A DNA stretch of 64,000 nt from an uncultured Alphaproteobacteria bacterium (GTDB taxonomy: Bacteria; Pseudomonadota; Alphaproteobacteria; Rickettsiales; CAIJLX01): positions 1,006 to 65,005 of the forward strand of contig CAIJLX010000027.1 in the NCBI GenBank assembly GCA_903821695.1. Direction: 5' to 3'. The notes under the pieces are model-generated. The model was not told the DNA's origin. It searched no databases and saw only the letters and a program-made list of their open reading frames with translations. Positions 47,580-58,594 of the stretch are shown piece by piece (positions within the stretch are counted from its first letter, which is position 1; each line of letters begins with the position of its first letter). Position numbers and translations under genes: made by a program.

Positions 47580-48089
47580 ATGTCCGATGAAATAAAAATA
47601 GTGCCCTATAATTCGGAGTGGCCGCTGCTTTTTCAAAAGGAAAAAGCAGAATTACTTTCAGCACTAGATGATCTCAATATTTTAGAAATTGCGCATGTAG
47701 GAAGCACTGCAGTTCCTAAGCTTTCCGCTAAACCCATCATAGATATGATGCTGATTGTAAAATCATTATCCGATGCGAAAGAGATGCTTATATCGCCTCT
47801 TTCGCAGCTAGATTATGTCTATTGGCCGGATAACCCAAAAACTGATCGAATGTTTTTTGTAAAAGGCATGCCACCATATGGCAAACAGCGCACGCACCAC
47901 ATTCATGTATTTGAAACTGGGCATGAAGAAATAGCAAAAAGAGAAAAATTCATTTCTATTTTGAAAACAGACGAATTTGCCAGAAAAGAATACCAAACAC
48001 TAAAGCTCAAATTAGCAGAAATGCACAATACTGATAGAGAAGCATATACAGAAGCTAAAACAGATTTTATCCAAAAATATTTGGATTAA
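47580..48089 (+). CDS. GrpB family protein (UPF0157)
   Basis: IVPYNSEWPLLFQKEKAELLSAL...IAHVGSTAVPKLSAKPIIDMMLIV...HHIHVFE, the typical GrpB layout. Confidence 0.85.
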   Translation: MSDEIKIVPYNSEWPLLFQKEKAELLSALDDLNILEIAHVGSTAVPKLSAKPIIDMMLIVKSLSDAKEMLISPLSQLDYVYWPDNPKTDRMFFVKGMPPYGKQRTHHIHVFETGHEEIAKREKFISILKTDEFARKEYQTLKLKLAEMHNTDREAYTEAKTDFIQKYLD

Positions 48090-48841
48090 CCTTTAACCTT
48101 CAACACTGGATCCAGAGCTTTTTTCCCATCTCGAATTGCGAAATGGATCTGCGGGGTTTGGACGTTGCCGGTTTGGCCTACGGAGGCGACGACCTGGCCT
48201 AATTTCACTTTATCACCCTTTTGCACCGTGATTTCTTTGGCGTGGGCGTAGGCGGTTAACCAGCCGTTTTTGTGGCGGATGATAAGCAGGTTTCCGTAGC
48301 TCGCTAGGTCATTTCCGGTATAGACCACTGCTCCATCCATCGAGGCATGGATCGGCGAGCCTTCTGGGGCGGAGATATTCACGCCATCATTATATAATCC
48401 GCCCGATTTCGCGCCGAAACGGGAGATGACTTGGCCATTGACGGGCCAGATGAATTTGCCTTTGCGGTCGACTTTGGCATGCACCGCAAACGGCTTGAAT
48501 CCCTCGTTTTCCTGTAAGATCGCGGAAACGGGGGTGGCTTCGGGTTTAAAGTGCGGAATCGGCACGCCCGCGATGATTTTGCTATCAGGCTCTTCAAGGC
48601 TGCTATGCGGCTGGCCTTTTGTTGGTGGTGGCAGCTCCTCAATGTTCATTTCTTTGATTGCGGCAGGTTGGCTTTGTTTCACATTGCCATAGACCGGTCT
48701 GAAGGGAATATTTTCATCCGGATAGACCGAAGGCGTAATCGATTGTGGCGCCCCACTATCATGCAGCGCAATGGGCGCGGATTTTTGTGTGCCGCATGCG
48801 GTTAGGGAAAAAAGACAGAGAAATGCTAGCGTTTTATGCAC
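48086..48841 (-). CDS. LytM/M23-domain lipoprotein, NlpD-like (catalytic residues appear degenerate)
   Basis: Lipobox LTAC|G. The C-terminal LytM domain reads GVNISAPEGSPIHASMDGAVVYTGNDLASYGNLLIIRHKNGWLTAYAHA...GQTGNVQTPQIHFAIR. The HxxxD position reads YNDGVN and the HxH position reads QIH. Confidence 0.8.
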   Translation of the reverse strand: MHKTLAFLCLFSLTACGTQKSAPIALHDSGAPQSITPSVYPDENIPFRPVYGNVKQSQPAAIKEMNIEELPPPTKGQPHSSLEEPDSKIIAGVPIPHFKPEATPVSAILQENEGFKPFAVHAKVDRKGKFIWPVNGQVISRFGAKSGGLYNDGVNISAPEGSPIHASMDGAVVYTGNDLASYGNLLIIRHKNGWLTAYAHAKEITVQKGDKVKLGQVVASVGQTGNVQTPQIHFAIRDGKKALDPVLKVKG

Positions 48842-50091
48842 TCAATTCCTCCCATATAGGGCCTCAAAACTGTTGGCACTATAACAGAACCATCTGCCGT
48901 TTGGTAGTTTTCTATAATCGCCACCAACGCCCGCCCGACCGCCAAACCGGAACCATTCAACGTATTCACAAAAGCCGTACCCTTTTCGCCCTTCTGACGG
49001 TAACGAGCCTTCATGCGACGAGCCTGGAATGTCCCAAATTGCGAACAGCTGGAAATTTCGCGATAGGTCTTCTGCGCCGGCAACCATACCTCGATATCAT
49101 GCGTTTTCTGGCTTTGAAAGCCAGTGTCGCCCGTGCACAAAATAATCACCCGATACGGTAGTTCCAACTTCTGCAAAATCTTCTCCGCACATTCCGTAAT
49201 GCGCTGATGCTCGACTTCCGCCTGCTCTGGCGTAGTAATGCTCACCATCTCGACTTTATTAAACTGATGCTGGCGAATCATCCCTCTGGTATCACGGCCG
49301 GCAGAACCTGCTTCCGAACGGAAACAAGGCGTAAGCGCGGTGAAGCGAAGAGGCAATTTTTCCTCATCAATAATGCTATCTGCAACAAGATTGGTTACTG
49401 GTACTTCCGAAGTCGGAATCAAATAATGTGTTTCGCCGGCCTTAAATAAGTCTTCCTTAAATTTTGGCAACTGTCCTGTGCCCACCAATGCATTATCTTT
49501 AACCAATAAAGGCGGGTTTACCTCGGTAAACCCGTGTTCTTCGGTTTGCACATCGAGCATAAATTGCCCCAATGCACGTTCGAGTTTCGCAAGCTGGCCT
49601 TTAAGCGTTACAAAACGTGCGCCGGAAATTTTAGCAGTCTGTTCAAAATCCATCAATTTCAGGCCCTCGCCGATAGCCACATGGTCTTTCGGTTCGAAGC
49701 TGAATGTTTTGGGTGCGCCCCATTTGCGGAGCTCTTGGTTGGCACTTTCGTCTGTGCCCTCAGGCACTTCGTCTAGCAACAAATTCGGGATGGTAAGCAG
49801 CAATTGGTTCAGCGGATTATCGAGGCTATCTTCGCCCTGCCCGGCTATTTTTTCCTTCATTTCCTTAGAGCGAGCGAGCAAATCATCGGCGTTTTCGCCC
49901 TTGGCTTTGCGCATGCCGATTTCTTTAGCAAGGGCGTTCATTTCCTGTTGTAGTTGCTGGCCCTTGGTTTTATCAGCACGAACTTCCGCATCCAGGCGCA
50001 AAATCTCCTCTGACAGAGGCGCAAGTCCTCGGCGCTTTAACCCGGCGTCAAACTGCTGCGGGTTTTCCCTGATCCATTTTATGTCGTGCAT
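48826..50091 (-). CDS. serS: serine--tRNA ligase
   Basis: MHDIKWIRENP, a coiled-coil arm, and class II motifs (FRSEAGSAGRDTRGMIRQHQFNKVE, GSGLAVGR). Confidence 0.96.
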   Translation of the reverse strand: MHDIKWIRENPQQFDAGLKRRGLAPLSEEILRLDAEVRADKTKGQQLQQEMNALAKEIGMRKAKGENADDLLARSKEMKEKIAGQGEDSLDNPLNQLLLTIPNLLLDEVPEGTDESANQELRKWGAPKTFSFEPKDHVAIGEGLKLMDFEQTAKISGARFVTLKGQLAKLERALGQFMLDVQTEEHGFTEVNPPLLVKDNALVGTGQLPKFKEDLFKAGETHYLIPTSEVPVTNLVADSIIDEEKLPLRFTALTPCFRSEAGSAGRDTRGMIRQHQFNKVEMVSITTPEQAEVEHQRITECAEKILQKLELPYRVIILCTGDTGFQSQKTHDIEVWLPAQKTYREISSCSQFGTFQARRMKARYRQKGEKGTAFVNTLNGSGLAVGRALVAIIENYQTADGSVIVPTVLRPYMGGIECIKR

Positions 50092-50839
50092 TCTCTATCC
50101 TTTTACACGCGAAAACCGAGAATTCATAAAGGATCATCAACGGAATGGCAAGGCAGGTCTGGCTTACGATATCAGGTGGCGTGAGAAGTGCTGCAGCAAT
50201 AAAGATGAGTACAATCGCCAGCCGCCGGCCTTTTGCTAGCTGTGCCGCCCCAATCACCCCTCCCCGCACCAATAGGGTCAAAATAATCGGTAGCTGGAAC
50301 GCAACCCCAAAAGCCATGATAAATTGCATAGAAATGCTCAAATAATCACCTACTCGTGCTTGCAGCTCAATGGGTAATTTGGTGCCGGGCTCCCCCATGG
50401 TTTCAAAACTCAAGAAAAACTCCCAAGCCAGCGGAAACACAAAATAATAAGCCAGTGCGGCACCTATAATAAACAATGTGGGTGATGCAATTAGATAAGG
50501 CACAGCCAGCTTTTTTTCCTGCTCATAAAGCCCTGGCGCCATGAACAAATAAATTTGCCAGGCCGTAAACGGCACCGCGACAAAGGCACCACCGAAAAAG
50601 GCCAACCGCATATAAGTAAAAAATGCCTCGGTAAGGCTGGTATAAATCAGCTTATGCCCAGCATCATTCGGGCCATAGGCCACACTTAATGGGCGCAGCA
50701 GGAACTGATAAATCTGCCCGGAAAAGAAATATGCCACGCTAGTTGCCGCGATAAAAACCAACAGCACCCAAATAAGCCGGCGCTTTAATTCAATCAAATG
50801 CGCAATCAGCGGCGCGCGTGTATGTTCAAACTCGCTCAT
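50048..50839 (-). CDS. tatC: twin-arginine translocase subunit TatC
   Basis: PLIAHLIELKRRLIW, six TMs, and LLTPPDIVSQ. The 3' end overlaps the serS start by 44 nt. Confidence 0.93.
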   Translation of the reverse strand: MSEFEHTRAPLIAHLIELKRRLIWVLLVFIAATSVAYFFSGQIYQFLLRPLSVAYGPNDAGHKLIYTSLTEAFFTYMRLAFFGGAFVAVPFTAWQIYLFMAPGLYEQEKKLAVPYLIASPTLFIIGAALAYYFVFPLAWEFFLSFETMGEPGTKLPIELQARVGDYLSISMQFIMAFGVAFQLPIILTLLVRGGVIGAAQLAKGRRLAIVLIFIAAALLTPPDIVSQTCLAIPLMILYEFSVFACKRIENARHKMDQGKPAAV

Positions 50840-51113
50840 GATCGGGCGTATGTGTTATTTTTAGTTTTTCTTCGGCCATATAGGTTTCATACCAATTGCC
50901 GTCATCGCCTTTAATTTTGCGGAGCGGTGCGGTTTCTTCTTCCACCGTGCGGAGAATTTCTTTCATCGGCGCGGTGACTTCATCCATCATACCGCGTGCA
51001 CCGCGTACCATTTTTGCACCTTTACGCAAAATATCGGGCAGATCTTCAGGCTTCAGCACCAGCAGGGCTACCACTAATACCAGCCCTAATTCTCCCCACG
51101 AAAACCCAAGCAT
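50826..51113 (-). CDS. tatB: twin-arginine translocase subunit TatB
   Basis: MLGFSWGELGLVLVVALLVLKPEDLP is a TatA/B-type N-terminus. Positioned between tatA and tatC. Confidence 0.85.
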   Translation of the reverse strand: MLGFSWGELGLVLVVALLVLKPEDLPDILRKGAKMVRGARGMMDEVTAPMKEILRTVEEETAPLRKIKGDDGNWYETYMAEEKLKITHTPDHERV

Positions 51114-51116
51114 GGA

Positions 51117-51275
51117 TTACTCTTTCGTTTCGGGTTTTTCGCTTTCTTTCATGCCATCGCGGAAGCTTTTCATGCCCTTGCCGATATCACCCATCACTTT
51201 TGGCAATTTGCCCGCACCAAACAGCACGAATACAATCACCAAAACAATCAGAAGTTCGCTAAAGCCGATGCCCAT
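51117..51275 (-). CDS. tatA: twin-arginine translocase subunit TatA (52 aa)
   Basis: Below the ORF-track size cut-off. My translation is [52 protein letters not shown], a canonical TatA. It ends 3 nt before the tatB ATG. Confidence 0.9.
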   Translation of the reverse strand: MGIGFSELLIVLVIVFVLFGAGKLPKVMGDIGKGMKSFRDGMKESEKPETKE

Positions 51276-51341
51276 AATTTATCTCCAAATAGTTGTTCGT
51301 TAGTGTTATAGTGTTGAGCTCTTTAAAAATAGGAAATGTAA

Positions 51342-53054
51342 ATGCCCCATGGCGGTCTCGCAGATGTGATCTACCTTTTAGGCGCGGCGATTGTCGTTGT
51401 CACCTGTTTTAAGAAACTAAATTTAAGCCCCGTGCTAGGCTATCTTTTTGCCGGCACCGCCATCGGCCCCTATGGGTTGAAGCTGGTCGAATATACCGAA
51501 ACCACAGGTTATATCGCCGAATTCGGCATTGTATTCCTGCTGTTTTCCATCGGCTTGGAGCTGAACTTAGATCGCCTCAAAGCCATGCAACGTTATGTAT
51601 TTGGTTTGGGCTTTTTGCAGGTCTTGCTCACTTCCGGATTATTCATCTTCATCTGCCACTTCTTGGGGTTAGGCCTCTCGCTTTCGATCATCATTGGTTC
51701 CGCCCTTTCTCTTTCTTCGACTGCCGTTGTGATGAAAGTGCTCGATGAACAGGGCGATGAGATGACCAAGGTTGGCCGCACCTCGCTTTCGGTTCTCATC
51801 TTCCAGGATATCATCGTGGTCTTCTTGTTGGTGTTAGTACCTTTGCTTGCAGCGGGTGATACAGACCGCGTGTTTATGACCCTTGGGCAAGCAGGTGTGC
51901 GTGCTGCCGTTGCACTTGCCATTATCACGTTGATCGGAAAATTCCTCCTTCGCCCAATGTTCCAAATTATCGGCCGAGCGAAAAGTGAAGAGCTGTTTTC
52001 GGCCACCACCTTGGTCGTGGTATTAGGCTCCGCTTTTGCCACCGAACATTATGGCCTCTCGCTCGCGCTCGGCGCTTTTTTGGCGGGGCTGATGATTTCC
52101 GAAACCGAATTCCGCCTGCAAGTAGAAGCCGATATCACGCCCTATAAATCCCTGCTCCTAGGCCTGTTTTTTATGAGCGTAGGGATGCTGCTTGATGTCG
52201 GCCTTCTCTATGACAAAGCATTCCACATATTAGGCATCACCTTCATGATTTTGCTGATGAAAGGCTTGATTATCTTCCTCCTCGCCCGCACCTTTGGCCT
52301 TAAGCAAGGCAAGGCTGTGCATACCGCTTTAATTATGTCACAAGTCGGTGAGTTTGGCTTCATTCTCTTCGGCATGGCCAATCGTCAGGGCATGTTAGAA
52401 ACGACGCTCTATCAGGAATTACTAGTGATCACCGCGCTCACCATGGCCTTAACCCCAATCATGGCTGCCTTCGGTAAACGTATGGCCCGTCGCTTAAACC
52501 CTAACATCAAACTCTCGACCAATGAATTGCTGCAGGAAGCCAATGACCTCCATAACCACATTATTATCTTGGGTTATGGCCGTGTAGGTCGTGTGATTGC
52601 AAAAGTACTCACCGCGCAGGATGAGCAGCATATCGTGATCGATAGCGACAGCACCAACGTTCGCGAAGGCCGTAAAAACGGCAAGCCAGTTCTGTTTGGT
52701 GATGCGACTAAAAAAGACATCCTTAACGCCGTCGGCCTAAAGCGTGCGAAGGCCGTTATTATTACCATGAATGACCGCCGTATTTCCTCAAGGCTCGCTG
52801 CCATCGTCTCCGAGGAAGTGCCCGGCACCCCCATCGTCGCCCGCGGATGGGACACAGAACATGTCAAACAACTCGAGAAAGCCGGCGCGAAACTCGCGAT
52901 TGCTGAGGCCTATGAGTTGGGCCTCGTCATGGCCTCCTCCACCTTAAACATCACAGGCACCGAAGAATCCGAGCTAGACCGCGTTCTGCGTACCTTCCGT
53001 AATGATGACTATGCCTTGCTAAAAGCGCTATCGGCAGGGAAAAAACCTGCTTAG
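51342..53054 (+). CDS. CPA2-family monovalent cation:proton antiporter with C-terminal RCK/TrkA-N domain (KefB/YbaL-like)
   Basis: About 12 TMs, then a Rossmann-type IIILGYGRVGRVIAKVL. Confidence 0.85.
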   Translation: MPHGGLADVIYLLGAAIVVVTCFKKLNLSPVLGYLFAGTAIGPYGLKLVEYTETTGYIAEFGIVFLLFSIGLELNLDRLKAMQRYVFGLGFLQVLLTSGLFIFICHFLGLGLSLSIIIGSALSLSSTAVVMKVLDEQGDEMTKVGRTSLSVLIFQDIIVVFLLVLVPLLAAGDTDRVFMTLGQAGVRAAVALAIITLIGKFLLRPMFQIIGRAKSEELFSATTLVVVLGSAFATEHYGLSLALGAFLAGLMISETEFRLQVEADITPYKSLLLGLFFMSVGMLLDVGLLYDKAFHILGITFMILLMKGLIIFLLARTFGLKQGKAVHTALIMSQVGEFGFILFGMANRQGMLETTLYQELLVITALTMALTPIMAAFGKRMARRLNPNIKLSTNELLQEANDLHNHIIILGYGRVGRVIAKVLTAQDEQHIVIDSDSTNVREGRKNGKPVLFGDATKKDILNAVGLKRAKAVIITMNDRRISSRLAAIVSEEVPGTPIVARGWDTEHVKQLEKAGAKLAIAEAYELGLVMASSTLNITGTEESELDRVLRTFRNDDYALLKALSAGKKPA

Positions 53055-53117
53055 CCAACGGATGATTTGACTTTTGATTAACCGCTGCCTATAAGCACGC
53101 TCTCTTTTGGTTTCAAG

Positions 53118-53194
<77 letters not shown>

Positions 53195-53246
53195 ATCCTT
53201 CGCCCTTTGGGCTTCGGATGGCTTACGCCGGCGATAGGATTGAGAT

Positions 53247-54251
53247 ATGCGGCAGTTGATAAAAAAAATGTTGAACTGTGCGCTGAAGCGGTTTGGGGCT
53301 GAGATTGTTCCAACGCAAATTCTTTACCCCTGGCAGAAAAATATTATTTTCCTCCCTAGTTTTAATCAATTTCCGTTGCCTAAAGATGCGGCGGAATATC
53401 TCACGACTAACAACCCGAAACTAATTGATCTACAACAGCGATATAAAGCGTTTGATCCGGCTGTAACTACACCGCTTGTGTGGACAGATAGCCATATACG
53501 CCCCGAATATATTTCGCATTTCCGCGGTGATAATGCCTGGGTTTGGCAATTGAGGGGGGCGGGTGCGAATATTCTCTCCTATGCCATCACTTATTATTAC
53601 CTCAAATCCATTGACCGCCTGGGCCTTTTTGACAAGCTCACAGAAGATAATAATTTCGGCAATTTTAGCTTCACCATTGATGGCCGCCAAATTTCACGCG
53701 ATTTGCTGGATTCGATTGCGGAAATATACTTTCTCGATAAGCATTTTAACATCGCCTCCCGCTCCGATATCCGCATATTGGATGTCGGCGCTGGTTATGG
53801 CCGCCTGGCCTATCGCGTGCTCAGCGCATTTCCGCAGATTGAGAGCTTTTCGTGCACAGATGCCGTTGCCGCCTCCACCTTCGTCAGCGATTATTATTTA
53901 CGCTTCCGGGGCCTCAAAAATGCCCAAGCTATTCCGCTGGATCAAATTGATAATATGCTGCGCGATCACCCCGTCGATTTTGCAATGAATATTCACAGTT
54001 TTTCCGAATGCCGGCTAGAGGCCATCGAATGGTGGGTGCGCTTATTAAGCAAGCATCGCGTGAAACATCTCGTCATCGCCCCCAATGGCGACACGAGATA
54101 TTTACGCACCAATGACGGCCAAGATTTCCTCCCGATTTTAGAACGTTACGGCTACAAATTTATTACCAAAGAGCCAAAATACCTAGACCCCGTAGTGCAA
54201 GAATATGGTCTAATGCCAACCTGGTATCATTTGCTGGAATTAAAAAGATAA
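53247..54251 (+). CDS. class I SAM-dependent methyltransferase (sugar O-methyltransferase-like)
   Basis: Motif I ILDVGAGYGRLAYRVL, followed by an acidic residue at CTDAV. A long N-terminal extension resembles O-antigen-cluster sugar methyltransferases (recall only). Confidence 0.6.
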   Translation: MRQLIKKMLNCALKRFGAEIVPTQILYPWQKNIIFLPSFNQFPLPKDAAEYLTTNNPKLIDLQQRYKAFDPAVTTPLVWTDSHIRPEYISHFRGDNAWVWQLRGAGANILSYAITYYYLKSIDRLGLFDKLTEDNNFGNFSFTIDGRQISRDLLDSIAEIYFLDKHFNIASRSDIRILDVGAGYGRLAYRVLSAFPQIESFSCTDAVAASTFVSDYYLRFRGLKNAQAIPLDQIDNMLRDHPVDFAMNIHSFSECRLEAIEWWVRLLSKHRVKHLVIAPNGDTRYLRTNDGQDFLPILERYGYKFITKEPKYLDPVVQEYGLMPTWYHLLELKR

Positions 54252-54261
54252 GCGTAGACTA

Positions 54262-54284
54262 TCCCGCTTTAGTCCAAAGCGGGA
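54262..54284 (+). terminator. 9-bp hairpin after the methyltransferase gene (no clear U-tract)
   Basis: TCCCGCTTT-agtcc-AAAGCGGGA, starting 11 nt after the stop codon. Confidence 0.3.
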
Positions 54285-54379
54285 AGGTAACCACAAAAAA
54301 TCCCATTTAAAATCAGCAGCTTGTAAAGAGACAACTCTTCTGTTAGAATTGCACTAAGTTGGCAGAGCATGAGAATCCT

Positions 54380-55258
54380 ATGGAAGAAAATACGATACCT
54401 GCACCTGAACCTGTTTCTTTGCCTCTTCGCAAAAAGCCTATTTTAAGTATCATCAGCACCGTTCTTGGTGGGGTTAGTCTGCTTCCATTTTTGGGGATCG
54501 CCTCTTTACCGGGGCTTATTATGGGCATCGTCGGTTACGTGCGCGAGCGACATGTCACCGGTATTGTCGGAACACTCCTTTCCGTCGCAGGCATTGCTAC
54601 GAGCCCTACCGTATGGGGACTTTTTGGAGCACTTTGGTTGGGTGGCTACTGCATGATTGCAGATTGCTCAGCGAGGATTACGGAAGTGATGGAAAACCCA
54701 GCTGTGCAGAAAGAGATCAAAAATTTCGTACAACAGGGAGCTAGCGCTTCCGCAGTAGTTGATTATCCAAACGAATGGGAGCGCAAAGAATTTGATGAGA
54801 AAAGCCAAGAATTACCACCCAGTATTCATATCGGCACTACTCTGTTTTCTGAGAAATATGCCGCCATTCCTGGTCAGAAAGCTGTGATGTTGCACATTAT
54901 GGTGCAGAAAAACAAAGCTGAAACTACTGACGCTTTCATTACGCGATTTATCGAGGAAAAACTAAAGGTAACCAACCCAACCCTACAGGTTACACCTATG
55001 GAGCCGGTTACCATTAAAAATGAATATGACCCCAATAATAACATCGCCCAAATGCGCCTGTTTTCAGGTGGCCGACTGAATAATCTGGAGGCAGTAGCTT
55101 ATATTGATGGTGGCGCACACATCTTGTTGGTGATCTTAAGCGCGCCTACGCGGGCGGATTTGGAAGCAGCATGGCCCCTTTATTCCGATATCTTGCTGAA
55201 TAAAGTCGCCTTCTCCGTAAAAGAACCCGCTCCTGCTACGGATGCCCCAGGTACGTAA
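54380..55258 (+). CDS. hypothetical membrane protein (2-3 Gly-rich N-terminal TMs plus a ~200-aa C-terminal domain)
   Basis: ATG at 54380 preferred over the TTG at 54359. The stop abuts the next ATG (TAAATG). No family recognised. Confidence 0.55.
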   Translation: MEENTIPAPEPVSLPLRKKPILSIISTVLGGVSLLPFLGIASLPGLIMGIVGYVRERHVTGIVGTLLSVAGIATSPTVWGLFGALWLGGYCMIADCSARITEVMENPAVQKEIKNFVQQGASASAVVDYPNEWERKEFDEKSQELPPSIHIGTTLFSEKYAAIPGQKAVMLHIMVQKNKAETTDAFITRFIEEKLKVTNPTLQVTPMEPVTIKNEYDPNNNIAQMRLFSGGRLNNLEAVAYIDGGAHILLVILSAPTRADLEAAWPLYSDILLNKVAFSVKEPAPATDAPGT

Positions 55259-55750
55259 ATGAAATATTTACTAAAAACGCTGGCTGCCCATATATTTATT
55301 TTGACCTTTGCAACAGCCATGCTGGTTCCCTGGCAGGATATTTTTATCACGTGCAAGCGCGAAACACCTGAACGCATCTATTGCAGCATTGAAGAACATT
55401 TTTTTCTCGATATTCATGTGCGAAAGGCAGAGGCAATAGATGTGATTAATGCGGATTATAAGGTAAATCATTCTAGTCACAATAACCGAAGCACAACTAC
55501 TTCTCTGGTTGCACTGATTGACCGTCAGGGAAAACCAACAGCAATCTCTTCTCTCTCGAGTAATTTTGATTCAGAAAGAAAAGGCCAATTATTAAAGGAA
55601 CTTCGAGCGTTTATTCGCTCCTCCGAATCGCACTATGAAACTCATCTGGAATATCGTTACTGGTTTTCCTATGTCGGCCTCGCCCTATGGGTAATGGGCC
55701 TCAGTGGCCTGCCCTGGACCATCCGAAACATCATCCGTGGCCACAATTAA
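55259..55750 (+). CDS. hypothetical protein with an N-terminal signal/anchor and a C-terminal TM, 163 aa
   Basis: Starts at the base immediately after the upstream stop. No family recognised. Confidence 0.5.
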   Translation: MKYLLKTLAAHIFILTFATAMLVPWQDIFITCKRETPERIYCSIEEHFFLDIHVRKAEAIDVINADYKVNHSSHNNRSTTTSLVALIDRQGKPTAISSLSSNFDSERKGQLLKELRAFIRSSESHYETHLEYRYWFSYVGLALWVMGLSGLPWTIRNIIRGHN

Positions 55751-55930
55751 TTATTTTCCCACAGGAGGGCTTACCGTAATCAGAATTGCCGGTAGCGCGC
55801 TAAAGCCGCGCTACATATAAAAAAACCCCACTGAAAAACATACATAAATACCTTATAATACACCGCTCCCTTGCTATTTCCCAAAGCTTGCATTATCTCA
55901 GTGCAACATCTGTAAAAATAAGGGTTTAGC

Positions 55931-58594
55931 GTGTTTAATACTGCATTAAAAAAGATTTTCGGTTCGGCGAATGAGCGGTTTGTGAAATCGTTGCAGCCGA
56001 TTGTGGAGCGCATCAATGCGCTCGAGCCGCAATTTGAGGCGATGAGCGATGAGGAATTGCAGGCCCAAACCGGTCGCTTTAGGGCCCAGCTTTCCGTTAA
56101 AAAAATCGACGATATTTTGCCGGAGGCCTTCGCCGTAGTGCGTGAGGCGTCCAAACGGGTGCTCAATATGCGCCATTTTGATGTGCAGTTGATCGGCGGC
56201 TTGGTGCTGCATAAGGGCATGATCTCGGAAATGAAAACCGGGGAAGGCAAAACACTGGTGGGAACGCTTGCGGTTTATTTGAATGCGCTCGCTGGCAAAG
56301 GTGTGCATGTCGTGACGGTGAATGATTATCTTGCGAGCCGTGATGCGGCGTGGATGGGGCAGATTTATAAATTCCTCGGGCTTACAGTCGGCTGCTTGGT
56401 GCATGGGCTAGATGATGACGAGCGCAAGGAAGCGTATAATGCCGATATCACCTATGGCACGAACAACGAATTCGGCTTTGATTATCTGCGCGATAATTTA
56501 AAATTCCACCTCGAAGAAATGGTCCAACGCCCGTTCCATTACGCGATTATTGACGAGGTCGACAGTATCTTGATCGATGAAGCGCGCACACCATTGATTA
56601 TTTCCGGCGCCGTCGAAGACCAATCCGAACTTTATCAGCGTATGGATAAATATATCCCAAAGCTCGAAGCACGTGATTACGACAAAGATGAGAAACAACG
56701 CAGCGTATCGCTCTCGGAAGAAGGCATGAAATCCGTGGAAGCATTGCTGCGCAGAGATGGCGTGATTTCAGAGGAAAGCAGTCTTTACGACATCGAAAAT
56801 ATCGGCGTCGTGCACCATGTGAACCAAGCTCTGCGTGCGCACAAATTATTTACGCGCGACGTGGATTACATCGTCAAAGAAGGCAAAGTGATGATCATCG
56901 ACGAATTCACCGGTCGTATGATGGAAGGCCGCCGTTATTCGGAAGGCCTGCACCAAGCACTCGAAGCGAAAGAACACGTCAAAATCCAGCAGGAAAACCA
57001 AACCCTGGCCTCGATCACCTATCAAAACTATTTCCGCCTCTATCCAAAAATCGCGGGCATGACCGGTACGGCGATGACAGAAGCAGCCGAGTTCAGCGAA
57101 ATTTATAAACTGGAAGTGATCGAAATTCCGACCCACCGCCCAGTGAGTCGCCAGGATTTTGATGACGAAATCTATCGCACGATGAACGAAAAAAATAACG
57201 CGATTCTGCGCCAGATTGAAACCTGCCATGCCAAAGGCCAGCCCGTGTTGGTCGGCACGATCAGCATCGAACGTTCGGAGCAACTCGCAACCCTGCTCAA
57301 GAAAAAGAAAATCGCGCACCATGTATTGAACGCTCGTTATCACGAGCAAGAAGCGGCGATCATCGCGCAAGCCGGTCGCTTTGGTGCAGTTACGATCGCA
57401 ACCAACATGGCGGGTCGTGGAACGGATATCGTGTTGGGTGGCAATCCCGAGATGACCAAGGAGCTAAGCAAAGAGCAACATGCCGAGGAAAAACGCAAAG
57501 TCATCGAAGCCGGTGGTCTTTATGTAATCGGTACGGAGCGCCATGAAAGCCGCCGGATCGATAACCAGCTGCGTGGCCGTTCCGGTCGTCAGGGCGATCC
57601 TGGCACTTCGAAATTTTATCTCTCGCTCGATGATGATTTGATGCGCATTTTCGGCTCCGAAAAAATGACCGGCATGCTGCAAAAACTCGGCCTCAAAGAT
57701 GACGAAGCAATTCAGCATCCATGGATCAGCCGTGCACTCGAAAAAGCACAGCAACGTGTTGAAGCGCGCAACTTCGACATCCGCAAAAATATTCTGAAGT
57801 TCGATGACGTGATGAATGATCAACGCAAAGTGATCTATGAACAGCGTATCGATCTTATGGAAGCCGTCGACATTTCCGAAACGCTGATCGATATGCGCGA
57901 GGAAGTGCTTTTGGAATTAGTTGGGCGCCACGTTCCTGAAAAATCCTATGCCGAACAATGGGACGTTGAAGGTCTCGAAAAAGAAATCTTCCGTATTTTT
58001 GCTTTGCATTTGCCAATCACCAGCTGGGCAACAGAAGAAGGAATTGGACCTCAGGAAATTCATACGCGTGTGAAGCAAAACGTCTTCACCGAAGTGGATT
58101 TGAAAACGCAAAAAATCGGCGCAGAAAATATGCGCATGATGGAAAAACGTGTGTTGCTGCTCACGCTCGATCAGCTCTGGAAAGACCATTTGCTCTCGCT
58201 CGATCATTTGCGCCAGGGGATTAACTTGCGTGCTTATGCGCAGAAAGATCCGCTGAACGAATTCAAACGCGAAGCATTCATTATGTTCGATGCGATGCTT
58301 TCAAACCTGCGCGAATTAGTCTGCCAACGCCTCGCACAGTTTGAACTACATTCTGCCGATGAGCTGGAAGCACTGGAAATCAAAGCGCCAACTAATATGC
58401 ATGAGACACGGTTGGATCCGGCGGCGGGTTATCAACCAACGCCAGTCAGCGATATCGGCGGAACAGTGCGGATTAAAACCGATGGGCCGATTGATCCGAA
58501 TGACCCAGCGACCTGGGGCAAAGTGGGCCGCAATGATAATTGCCCATGCGGTAGTGGTAAAAAATATAAATTCTGCCATGGTAAAATTACATGA
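55931..58594 (+). CDS. secA: preprotein translocase ATPase SecA
   Basis: GTG start giving [19 protein letters not shown], Walker [38 protein letters not shown], and a C-terminal zinc motif [14 protein letters not shown]. Confidence 0.97.
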   Translation: MFNTALKKIFGSANERFVKSLQPIVERINALEPQFEAMSDEELQAQTGRFRAQLSVKKIDDILPEAFAVVREASKRVLNMRHFDVQLIGGLVLHKGMISEMKTGEGKTLVGTLAVYLNALAGKGVHVVTVNDYLASRDAAWMGQIYKFLGLTVGCLVHGLDDDERKEAYNADITYGTNNEFGFDYLRDNLKFHLEEMVQRPFHYAIIDEVDSILIDEARTPLIISGAVEDQSELYQRMDKYIPKLEARDYDKDEKQRSVSLSEEGMKSVEALLRRDGVISEESSLYDIENIGVVHHVNQALRAHKLFTRDVDYIVKEGKVMIIDEFTGRMMEGRRYSEGLHQALEAKEHVKIQQENQTLASITYQNYFRLYPKIAGMTGTAMTEAAEFSEIYKLEVIEIPTHRPVSRQDFDDEIYRTMNEKNNAILRQIETCHAKGQPVLVGTISIERSEQLATLLKKKKIAHHVLNARYHEQEAAIIAQAGRFGAVTIATNMAGRGTDIVLGGNPEMTKELSKEQHAEEKRKVIEAGGLYVIGTERHESRRIDNQLRGRSGRQGDPGTSKFYLSLDDDLMRIFGSEKMTGMLQKLGLKDDEAIQHPWISRALEKAQQRVEARNFDIRKNILKFDDVMNDQRKVIYEQRIDLMEAVDISETLIDMREEVLLELVGRHVPEKSYAEQWDVEGLEKEIFRIFALHLPITSWATEEGIGPQEIHTRVKQNVFTEVDLKTQKIGAENMRMMEKRVLLLTLDQLWKDHLLSLDHLRQGINLRAYAQKDPLNEFKREAFIMFDAMLSNLRELVCQRLAQFELHSADELEALEIKAPTNMHETRLDPAAGYQPTPVSDIGGTVRIKTDGPIDPNDPATWGKVGRNDNCPCGSGKKYKFCHGKIT

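Noticed and set aside
49478-50239. 253-aa plus-strand ORF; the same applies to 50896-51303, 55780-56250, 55946-56404, 24256-24774 and similar
   Set aside because: These are shadow ORFs antisense to serS/tatC, tatA/tatB, secA and pepA respectively. They show Ser/Pro/Arg-rich composition typical of antisense frames.
55792-55814. 8-bp hairpin GTAGCGCG-ctaaagc-CGCGCTAC after the 163-aa ORF as a terminator
   Set aside because: It is followed by an A-run rather than a T-run on the plus strand, and on the minus strand the T-run precedes the stem. It therefore fits neither orientation of an intrinsic terminator. It could still be a stabilising or protein-binding hairpin.
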